Virus record (IMG/VR): IMGVR_UViG_3300030392_001226 | Coordinates: 1-29,162 of that record | Length of the DNA: 29,162 nucleotides | Source of the DNA: a virus | Lineage: Duplodnaviria; Caudoviricetes | Direction: 5' to 3' (one strand) | Shown here: in pieces, positions 15,667-23,202 of the stretch | Layout of the letters: every line of letters starts with the position of its first letter | How positions within the stretch are numbered: position 1 is the stretch's first letter | Notes under the pieces: model-generated | What the model was told of the DNA's origin: nothing | The model's database searches: none | The model's input: only the letters and a program-made list of their open reading frames with translations | Made by a program: the position numbers and the translations under genes

Positions 15667-17913
15667 ATGCCACAAACACTTGAAGATTGCGTTCAAACAT
15701 TAATAGATGATCCAGACTTTAAACCCGAAGATGGGGAAGATAAAGAGTCTGCGGCATATGCAGTTTGCAATGCAAGATTAAAAGATGACGATGATGATGG
15801 TGTACAAGAAGAAAAAGAAGCCAAAGTAGTGACTGAAAATAATCAGCTCATACGAAGGATGTTTCGCTTTGAGGCTACTCCCCTAGAAGGTGGTAGTGAT
15901 TGGCGAGTTAGAATTATTAATGCAGGAACTTCTAAAAACAGACGTACTTATCCCTTAGCAGTACTTCACAGAGATCGCGCAGTCTTTGAGGGAGTTCCTG
16001 TTCATGCAGGGAGTGGCCCTGATCATTCCATGCAAGAACGTGGCATTAAATCTATTGTAGGTTTCATTAAGAATGTAGATGCAGTTCCAGAAGGACTTGA
16101 TGCTACATTCCATGTTTCAGACCCAGTGCTAAAAGATACTCTTGCAGATTTACATCAAGAAGGGGTCTTACAGAATGTAGTTGGGTTTAGTATAGTTGCT
16201 GAAGGTAGATGGCAACATGACATTCGCTCTAATTCAGAAACAGCCATACAACTAGTCAAGGCTGATTCAGTTGATTTAGTTAGAGAACCTGCGGCGGGAG
16301 GCAAATTTCTCGCTTTTGCAGAATCAGAAGAAGTGATTCAAGTAGTCCCTCTAGAGGAGGATAACAAGATGGAAATGACTGAGGAACGGTTGCAGGAACT
16401 TCTTGCAGAAGCCTCTGGCAAAGCTGTTGAGACTTTTCAAAAGACTCAAGAGGTTGTAGGGGAAAAAGTAGAAGTAACTGTTGAAGCAGTAGAAGAAGAC
16501 AAGACTGCTGAGAAAGTGTCTGAGGCACTCACACAGTTAAATGCGACTCTTCTGAGTTCAGCACTTACTGGTGCTTCTCTGCCAGAAATAGCAGAAGAGA
16601 GAATTCGTTCTCAATTCACCGGCGCTAATTTCGATGCTAATGAAGTACAGAAAGCTATTGCAGGTGAGAAAGATTATCTTGCTTCTCTCGCTAAGATTGC
16701 TGTAGAGAACGTAACCAGGGAAAGCGGTAGGGTTACTGATGATGAAGCTGATAAGAAGTTGGCAAGAATAGATGCTAGCTTTCAGCCTTCAAGAGTTCTC
16801 ACACGAGAGAATGGCGAAAAGGTTAAAGGTTACAGAACCTTTACTGAAGCCTATTGTGATTGGACAGGAAAGAATCCTCTTGATGTAGGACGCGAAGAAG
16901 TTTGGGAGTCATGGAGAAACGGTGGGAATGGATATGCGTCTTGGCGTGAAGAAGCTGTAGCAAAGATTTATACAGAGGCTTTTCAACAGTCTGATTGGGG
17001 TGAAGTTACTGCTGACAGAATGCACAAAGCACTTGTGCAAGCATATGAGAATTTTCCTCAATACGATGATTGGAGAAAAATCTGTAGAGTCATCAGCGTT
17101 AATGACTATCAGCCAACGCATGACATCAGAGTTGGTGGGTTTGCGAATTTGGCAGTTGTAGCAGAGGCCGGAGCATATGCTAATCTCACTGATCCTACAG
17201 ATGAGGAAACCACCGTCACGATGCAGAAGCGTGGTGGAATTGTTTACCAGATAACAAGAGAACTGGTACTTAATGACAACATCAGCGCACTTGCTGAAGT
17301 TCCTAAAGAACTTGCTCGATCTGCGGCTAGAACTCTTTATGAGGGAGTGTTTGATCACTTTGCCGCAAACTCTGGTGGTGGAACAACTTTCCAAGGTGTA
17401 AACCTTTTCCATGCAACTCACGGTGCAAACGTAGGCAGTACTGCCTTTTCTCACGCAGCTCTTTCCAGTGCTACTCAACTTATGAGAACACAGGCAAAGT
17501 ATGGAGCAGGTGCAGATGTTCTTGGAGCCGCAAATAAACCTGCATGGGTAATGATTCCTAACGAATTGGAAGGTCTTGCCTCTAGAATAGTTGGACCGTC
17601 CTCTCAAGTTATTACTCAGATTCTTGCAAATAACGATGACGATGAAGATGTCACCAGATTTTCAGGAATGGGTTTGATAGTTGTTGATTACTGGTCAGAT
17701 GCAAACAACTGGTATCTAGCTGCTGATCCGGCTCAGAGTGCAGGGATTACGGTAGCATTCCTTAACGGAAACGAAGAGCCAGAACTTTTTGTGCAGAACG
17801 ATGACACACAGGGTGATACATTCACCAACGATGTCCAGAGCATAAAGATCAGGCATGAGTGGGTTAGTGGGATACATGACTACAGGCCATTATTCGGAAG
17901 CGCAGTAAGTTAA
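15667..17913 (+). CDS. Prohead protease-scaffold-major capsid polyprotein (HK97-fold, Mu gpT-like C-terminus)
   Basis: Protease-like region (IINAGTSKNRRTYP, H, VGFSI, SVDLVREPAAGG), acidic helical scaffold region, capsid region (ITRELVLNDN, LARSAART, NLFHATH, PNELE, FLNGNEEPE, DYR). Confidence 0.88.
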   Translation: MPQTLEDCVQTLIDDPDFKPEDGEDKESAAYAVCNARLKDDDDDGVQEEKEAKVVTENNQLIRRMFRFEATPLEGGSDWRVRIINAGTSKNRRTYPLAVLHRDRAVFEGVPVHAGSGPDHSMQERGIKSIVGFIKNVDAVPEGLDATFHVSDPVLKDTLADLHQEGVLQNVVGFSIVAEGRWQHDIRSNSETAIQLVKADSVDLVREPAAGGKFLAFAESEEVIQVVPLEEDNKMEMTEERLQELLAEASGKAVETFQKTQEVVGEKVEVTVEAVEEDKTAEKVSEALTQLNATLLSSALTGASLPEIAEERIRSQFTGANFDANEVQKAIAGEKDYLASLAKIAVENVTRESGRVTDDEADKKLARIDASFQPSRVLTRENGEKVKGYRTFTEAYCDWTGKNPLDVGREEVWESWRNGGNGYASWREEAVAKIYTEAFQQSDWGEVTADRMHKALVQAYENFPQYDDWRKICRVISVNDYQPTHDIRVGGFANLAVVAEAGAYANLTDPTDEETTVTMQKRGGIVYQITRELVLNDNISALAEVPKELARSAARTLYEGVFDHFAANSGGGTTFQGVNLFHATHGANVGSTAFSHAALSSATQLMRTQAKYGAGADVLGAANKPAWVMIPNELEGLASRIVGPSSQVITQILANNDDDEDVTRFSGMGLIVVDYWSDANNWYLAADPAQSAGITVAFLNGNEEPELFVQNDDTQGDTFTNDVQSIKIRHEWVSGIHDYRPLFGSAVS

Positions 17914-17941
17914 TCACTAGCAACCCCTGACGGTTAAATAG

Positions 17942-17981
17942 GGGAGAGGGAGTACATTCTCTCCCTCTCCCTTTATTTTTT
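17942..17981 (+). terminator. Rho-independent terminator after the capsid gene
   Basis: GGGAGAGGGAG / CTCCCTCTCCC 11-bp stem followed by TTTATTTTTT. Confidence 0.88.
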
Positions 17982-17992
17982 AAGGAAAAGTT

Positions 17993-18124
17993 ATGACGAC
18001 TGAAAAGAAACCTAGAGCCGCTAGAAAGCCTAAAGAGTGTACGTGTTCACGATGTGTGAAGACTGCAAAGAACCCTAAACTACAGGCCAAAGTTAAACTA
18101 ACTGTTTGTGAGAATAGAAAGTAG
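17993..18124 (+). CDS. Small basic Cys-containing protein (43 aa)
   Basis: Not in the track. Reads MTTEKKPRAARKPKECTCSRCVKTAKNPKLQAKVKLTVCENRK; TAAGGA RBS; fills the gap. Confidence 0.65.
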   Translation: MTTEKKPRAARKPKECTCSRCVKTAKNPKLQAKVKLTVCENRK

Positions 18125-18133
18125 GAGAGAGAT

Positions 18134-18430
18134 ATGGCTAATTCATTCGTTAAGAATGTAACTACGGCAGGGACGCAAGTTCGTTTATCTGCTACTGACC
18201 TATTTGTTTCCGCAGTTACTATCAGAGCAAAGAAAGGCAACACTAATGATGTTTATATTGGTGATGCTGATGTAGCAAATTCCTACCCTGACTTAGATGC
18301 AAACCAAACTGTAACATTTGAAGCACCCATTATTGGTGGAAGTCATACAGCGATTAATCTTAAAGAAGTTTGGGTAGATGCTGACACAGACGGAGAAGGG
18401 GTTGATGTCTGGTATCAGGAGATAGGCTGA
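18134..18430 (+). CDS. Small beta-sandwich virion protein (possible decoration protein)
   Basis: AGGAG RBS; all-beta pattern; follows the capsid gene. Confidence 0.6.
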   Translation: MANSFVKNVTTAGTQVRLSATDLFVSAVTIRAKKGNTNDVYIGDADVANSYPDLDANQTVTFEAPIIGGSHTAINLKEVWVDADTDGEGVDVWYQEIG

Positions 18431-18792
18431 TGGCAGTACAAGACGTAACTAGAACTCTTTACTCCGCTCAAGTTATATCTGCAACCGATACGTCATCTGC
18501 GTCTGTTGAAAGTGGCAGATTTACAGAAGCTACTATATATATCAAGGTAACTGCCAAAGCAGGTACAAGTCCTACTATAGATTTTGATGTGCAAACTTCT
18601 CATGATAATAGTGAGTGGCACAAAGATTCTGATGTAACTCAGATATCGGATCCTACTGTTTCTACTGCATATCTAGCTCCCGCAGTTAAAGTAACAGCAT
18701 GTATGGGAAAATACATTAGGCTTAATCCTACAGTTGGTGGATCAAGTTCACCTTCTATGACAGTTACAGCTAAAGTTGTTCTAAAGGGATAA
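18430..18792 (+). CDS. Beta-rich virion protein (possible decoration protein)
   Basis: T/S/V-rich; GTSPTIDFDVQTSHD...W...GKYIRL pattern. Confidence 0.6.
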   Translation: MAVQDVTRTLYSAQVISATDTSSASVESGRFTEATIYIKVTAKAGTSPTIDFDVQTSHDNSEWHKDSDVTQISDPTVSTAYLAPAVKVTACMGKYIRLNPTVGGSSSPSMTVTAKVVLKG

Positions 18793-18793
18793 T

Positions 18794-19513
18794 ATGGCAA
18801 CTCTAGAAACAATGCGTTCTGAGATGCGAAACATTACAGGAACCTTTCCGTTCTTCTCAGGTGAAAATGAAGTAGGGGATAATGTTGTAGACCAAGCTAT
18901 TTCCCAAGCTGTGGGATCATACAGTCGAGACTTTCCCCGAATTATAGTAGAGAGCGAGGTCGGAGATAGTGGTAAATACTATCCTCTTACCAATTTAACC
19001 TCTTGGGAGAATGACTTCTCAGCAATTCTTAGTATTGACTATGATGCAGGTAGTCGTATAGGAAGTGATGAAACTCCCCGATTTCTTTCAGAGGATAATG
19101 GTGATTGGAAGTATTATAGAGATGCAAGTACACGGTATTTCTTTCTTCCCAACCACTCTCCCGATTCAGGTGTTACGCTTCTTGTGACTTATACTGCTAG
19201 GCATTCTGTTGATTCCGTAGCGTCAACAGTTCCTACGCAACATGAGAAAGCTGTTATCTATCTGTCTGTTTCCGAACTCGCCTCTACCCTGCAATTTCAT
19301 GCAGAGAAAGCTATCGATCCACCTGCTGGAGCAAATTATATTTCAATGAAAAATAAAGGAAGTGGATTTCGATCTGTAGGAGATCACTTTCGGGTTAAAT
19401 ATATGCAAGAGATGGGTGGAGAGGAAATTGTTGGTGCGAGTGCAATGAGAGAATTTGACCAGAAATATACTACTGGTGATAACTATTTCTTTCATTCATT
19501 TGCAAGTACATAA
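18794..19513 (+). CDS. Head-tail adaptor (putative)
   Basis: MATLETMRSEMR N-terminus, a beta insert ending in VTY, then VP..HEKAVIY helix; syntenic position. Confidence 0.6.
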   Translation: MATLETMRSEMRNITGTFPFFSGENEVGDNVVDQAISQAVGSYSRDFPRIIVESEVGDSGKYYPLTNLTSWENDFSAILSIDYDAGSRIGSDETPRFLSEDNGDWKYYRDASTRYFFLPNHSPDSGVTLLVTYTARHSVDSVASTVPTQHEKAVIYLSVSELASTLQFHAEKAIDPPAGANYISMKNKGSGFRSVGDHFRVKYMQEMGGEEIVGASAMREFDQKYTTGDNYFFHSFAST

Positions 19514-19515
19514 TC

Positions 19516-20049
19516 ATGGTTACAGGAGATGCGGTAGCAACAAGTAACTCTGTTTATATTCGTCCTATACTTGAAGACGGATTATCGAAACTTCTTAGTT
19601 CACTAGACTGTAAAAATATCTATACTATAGATTTGCCTCCTGTAACAACTGAACAGGAATTTGCCAATAGATTACAGGTACATCGTGGCTTGGCACAGCC
19701 TGAATATGAGGCTTGGTTTGCTACTAGACGATCAGCTGCTACTAGTCCATCGGCTATAACAAATCAATATCAGTATAATCAAGTTCATGGTATGATGATC
19801 AGCGGAGTAGCCTATCATGGTTCCTTCCATGATTCTTATCGATACATTCAAGATAAGACCGATGAATTAATGTGGACTCTAGAGAAGAATAAAGATATTT
19901 TGGGTGATAGTACGATCCAATATATAACTGATGTCTCTACCGCATTTGTTTTTGAACAAATGGGAGAGATGTATCTTTACCGTAGTAACACTACTTTTGA
20001 TGTCCATCGAACAGTAATAGAAACAAGTGGACGCTCATTTACTGGATAG
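19516..20049 (+). CDS. Tail terminator/neck protein (putative)
   Basis: Size, alpha/beta pattern and position immediately before the tail tube gene. Confidence 0.5.
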   Translation: MVTGDAVATSNSVYIRPILEDGLSKLLSSLDCKNIYTIDLPPVTTEQEFANRLQVHRGLAQPEYEAWFATRRSAATSPSAITNQYQYNQVHGMMISGVAYHGSFHDSYRYIQDKTDELMWTLEKNKDILGDSTIQYITDVSTAFVFEQMGEMYLYRSNTTFDVHRTVIETSGRSFTG

Positions 20050-20061
20050 CGGAGGATTGTA

Positions 20062-21261
20062 ATGGCTATAGTTAGCGCAAAAGAAGTAATTGGCATTGGC
20101 TCTCAAACAACAGCTAGAACTGTTACCTCTGAGTTTAATGCTATTCCAGTAGATGCTGGATCATTCTCTGCAAGCGAAACCTTTGAACAAATACTGGATA
20201 ATGGCAGACGTGGATCCGAAGCAATGGATTATATGGCTTACCAAGGAGTAGGTGCTACTGAGATATCTTTTGATTTTCCCATGATGTTCGGAGCTGCAAC
20301 AGGTGCTAATAACACAGGGTCTATTCTAGGAATACTCCTTCGAAATATTCTAGGAACTGGAGCGCCTGGTGCAACAAGTTCGGCAGGTTCAGCTTCAAGT
20401 ACTGAACAACGTGCTTCTGCCAGAACTGAGATTGCTTACAGTTCAGGAACAGCGTTTAACACATGGTTTAGGCTTGGTGGCGAACAAGAATATCTCACTA
20501 TTGCACGTAATCTTATTGGTGGAACAGGAGATGCTCACTGGCTAGATTGTCGTGTAAGTGAACTTACTATTTCTGCTAATGCAGGAGAAGGGCCTGTTAC
20601 TGTCTCTGCTAGCCTTACTGGTCAACCCGCAACTGTAGGATCAGGATCAACTATCGTCACTACAAAAACTTTGAGTGATCAGATTGCTCTTGGTTTCCAG
20701 AATAGTTGTGAAGCATCTGCAACAACTTATCAACCTTATCTCTTAGGCACGAAGCTTTATCATGCAACAGATGCTAATGTTTTAAATAGAATGATATCGT
20801 TTGAAGTTACCCTTAGCAGAGAAGCATCTCCAATCTATACTCTATCTAATACCAGAAATTTTAATGACCTTTATCTAGGGCCATTAGAAGTAACTTGGAG
20901 TGCTGTTGCTGAAATTAACAATACTGAACTAGATTTAATGAGAGGGGGAACAAACCCAATTGCTATTGATGGAACTAAGAAAACTCAAGTAGCATTTTCT
21001 TCAGGAACAGTTAATACTGTTAATGAGAAATCTCTTCTTATTTCAATGCCAGTTTCTTCTCCTTTTGAATCTCCCCTAGAGCTAGATACCAGTGGTGCTT
21101 ACTCCACTGTTTCTATTGGAGGCAGAGCATTAACAGGTAATGCGGTCATGCCGATTAGTGGTGATGATTATGACAATAATGATGTCACTAAGAGAAGTCC
21201 AATAGAATTTCAAATCACAGAACCAGGCCACGCTACAGGAACTGCTCCCACTTACGTATAG
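20062..21261 (+). CDS. Major tail (tube) protein
   Basis: GGAGG RBS; 399 aa, G/S/T-rich beta protein (IGIG.QT, DCRVSELTISA, SFEVTLSR); lies upstream of the chaperone and tape measure genes; no sheath gene seen. Confidence 0.75.
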   Translation: MAIVSAKEVIGIGSQTTARTVTSEFNAIPVDAGSFSASETFEQILDNGRRGSEAMDYMAYQGVGATEISFDFPMMFGAATGANNTGSILGILLRNILGTGAPGATSSAGSASSTEQRASARTEIAYSSGTAFNTWFRLGGEQEYLTIARNLIGGTGDAHWLDCRVSELTISANAGEGPVTVSASLTGQPATVGSGSTIVTTKTLSDQIALGFQNSCEASATTYQPYLLGTKLYHATDANVLNRMISFEVTLSREASPIYTLSNTRNFNDLYLGPLEVTWSAVAEINNTELDLMRGGTNPIAIDGTKKTQVAFSSGTVNTVNEKSLLISMPVSSPFESPLELDTSGAYSTVSIGGRALTGNAVMPISGDDYDNNDVTKRSPIEFQITEPGHATGTAPTYV

Positions 21262-21275
21262 TCTCCTCTCTCTCC

Positions 21276-21307
21276 GCAAGATAATACTGACGAGTATTAT
21301 CTTGTTT
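21276..21307 (+). terminator. Stem-loop after the tail tube gene
   Basis: CAAGATAATACT-GACG-AGTATTATCTTG perfect 12-bp stem with a short TTT tail. Confidence 0.6.
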
Positions 21308-21316
21308 AAGTAAAGG

Positions 21317-21333
21317 TTACAGTAAAACTGTAA
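21317..21333. promoter_or_regulatory. Operator-like palindrome
   Basis: TTACAGT-AAA-ACTGTAA, ending 1 nt before the ATG of the HTH gene. Confidence 0.5.
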
Positions 21334-21334
21334 G

Positions 21335-21682
21335 ATGATTACACAAGAGGAAGTATTAGATAAATTAGCAATAGAGGGACTTTCCTCTAGTAAAAGAACT
21401 TTAGGTTACTGGAGAGGTGAAGGACTTTTACCTCCCCTTGAAAGAGAAGGTCAACAGTATTACTGGAAGGAGGAAGTATTAGATCAGGTTAGAACACTCT
21501 GTAGTAAGAAAGAGAGAGAGGTTCTTATTACTTTTGAGTTAGAAGGAAGAGAGTTTGAAATTGAGAGAGTCGAACTTAAAAGAATCAATGGGAGTCCCAA
21601 GCGGATAATCTATTTATCTGATGGGACTTTTATGGTTACAAGAGCGAGAGAGGAGGCGGTCTATGCCGTTACCAAAATCTAA
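21335..21682 (+). CDS. MerR/Xis-like winged-HTH protein
   Basis: SKRTLGYWRGEGLLPP..R.G...Y pattern of MerR-family HTH domains. Confidence 0.75.
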   Translation: MITQEEVLDKLAIEGLSSSKRTLGYWRGEGLLPPLEREGQQYYWKEEVLDQVRTLCSKKEREVLITFELEGREFEIERVELKRINGSPKRIIYLSDGTFMVTRAREEAVYAVTKI

Positions 21683-22013
21683 AAATAGAATTACCCTAGA
21701 GGAAGTAGGCGCTCCTGAATACTGGGTAGAGTTTCATTTACTTGCTGGAATGAAGTTTAAAGATGTTAAAACTTTATTTGGAAATAATCCTGATGAAGAT
21801 AAAACAGATGAGCAATATATTGAAGATATGATGGAGAAGCTTGTTATAAAATGGAACTTACCAGAAGAAGATGGTGGGCCTGTTTTACCTTTACCGTCTA
21901 AGGATATTTCAAGTGTTGGAAAGTTACCAAATTCAATTGTTACATATCTTGTAACGGAAATGGCGGGAGTTGGAGAGGTTCCAGATACTGAAAATTTAAA
22001 CGACAACTCATAG
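21663..22013 (+). CDS. Tail assembly chaperone (gpG-like)
   Basis: AGGAGG (21651-21656) then ATG 21663; LVIKWNL...G.VLP motif; slippery site before the stop. Confidence 0.8.
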   Translation: MPLPKSKNRITLEEVGAPEYWVEFHLLAGMKFKDVKTLFGNNPDEDKTDEQYIEDMMEKLVIKWNLPEEDGGPVLPLPSKDISSVGKLPNSIVTYLVTEMAGVGEVPDTENLNDNS

Positions 22014-22264
22014 CGATCTTTACTTCATCAGGGTCAAGTCAATCTCTCCCTGATGAAGTATGGGATGTTGCTCTTGCAGATGCTTTAGGAACTACTCCTT
22101 GGGATGTAAGAGAAAATGCCACGTTATGGGATGTGTTAAGACTAAGAGATTGGCATACAGCAAAAATGGCAGGTCATAAAGTTCAAGCCCAAAGGCAAAG
22201 AACTCAACAACAGCAACAGCAACAGGCATCTAGGACGCGAAGTAGACCAAGAAGAAGAAGGTAA
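21992..22264 (+). CDS. -1 frameshift extension of the tail chaperone (gpGT-like)
   Basis: A AAT TTA and T TTA AAC heptamers. The -1 frame stays open for 87 codons (RQLIAIF...LADALGTTPWDV...RRRR) to TAA 22262-22264, coupled to the next ATG. Confidence 0.85.
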   Translation, partial: KFKRQLIAIFTSSGSSQSLPDEVWDVALADALGTTPWDVRENATLWDVLRLRDWHTAKMAGHKVQAQRQRTQQQQQQQASRTRSRPRRRR

Positions 22265-23193
22265 TGGTTACCCTTAGAACAAATGTAGAAGAAGTAAGCG
22301 GAGCTGTATTACAGTTTTGGGAAGATTTAGATGATCATATCTCTACTAATCTTCTTCCCTCTATAGGTAGATCTGTTATTGAAACTTTTCAAGAAACACT
22401 TCTCGAAAACTATCGAAGATCCAACAAGGGATCTGGAACTATTATGTTTTCTGGAGATACTGGCAGAGCATTAGGACTTGAGTATTGGTCTATGGCCCTA
22501 GATGATTTTGAATTGCATGTTGCGTGGAATCCTCCAGAAGATCTCTTATCTTTACATGATAGTGACTCAGGCCCATTCGCTAAACTTTGGGCAATAGATT
22601 TTGGTACTCCCCCTCCACAGGAACAACATCCTGTTTATCAATTTAGTAATGCAACAGTAGAAGATACCAGACGTAATGCAGATTGGTCTGGATATACAGA
22701 AGGCCCATTTAGGCAGCATGTAAGAGCTTGGATAGCAGAGAAGGGATTAAACGTACGACCGCAAATTATGTTTGCTTATTTAATGGGAGATAATATAGCA
22801 GACATGGAAGAGGAAAGAACTGATGAATGGCTAGGTGGATCTAAAGGTGCTGATCCTTCTTTCTTAATGGGAAGCAAACCCCCTGCTATATTTGAAGAAT
22901 CTTTTGATTCTTCTGGAGGATCATTAGGATTAGTTTTAAATAGCACTGGTATAGATTTACTAGCAGAGGCAATAGAGAGAGCTATCCAAAAAGTACCTCT
23001 TCCTACATTCCGAAAAATAAAAGGCAGACGCAAATTAACACAAAGTATAATTGTTGCAACTAGCACAAGGATTAATCGAATTAGAAGAGTTGATCCACAG
23101 GGTAATTCATATACTTTACATCAGGCAGTTGTAGTGAATAGACAAGGACGAATAATTAAACATTTAGGGTCTGCAAGAGTTTATGACTTCTAG
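22264..23193 (+). CDS. HK97 gp10-like tail completion protein (putative)
   Basis: SGDTGRAL, WAIDFGTPP and VRAWIAEKGL resemble the gp10-like TG.L / EFGT.P / W...KG motifs. Confidence 0.45.
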   Translation: MVTLRTNVEEVSGAVLQFWEDLDDHISTNLLPSIGRSVIETFQETLLENYRRSNKGSGTIMFSGDTGRALGLEYWSMALDDFELHVAWNPPEDLLSLHDSDSGPFAKLWAIDFGTPPPQEQHPVYQFSNATVEDTRRNADWSGYTEGPFRQHVRAWIAEKGLNVRPQIMFAYLMGDNIADMEEERTDEWLGGSKGADPSFLMGSKPPAIFEESFDSSGGSLGLVLNSTGIDLLAEAIERAIQKVPLPTFRKIKGRRKLTQSIIVATSTRINRIRRVDPQGNSYTLHQAVVVNRQGRIIKHLGSARVYDF

Positions 23194-23202
23194 AGGTTTC
23201 TA

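Noticed and set aside
16909-17607. 232-aa minus-strand ORF and other antisense ORFs in the structural arm (e.g. 9639, 13459, 13587, 17980, 21734, 22776, 24663, 26804)
   Set aside because: They lie opposite well-supported genes, are S/C/F-rich, and have no motifs or RBS.
17914-17945. preQ1 riboswitch or pistol ribozyme (CTAGCAACCC, GTTAAATAG)
   Set aside because: Only short word matches; the required stems and A-rich tail or pseudoknot are absent.
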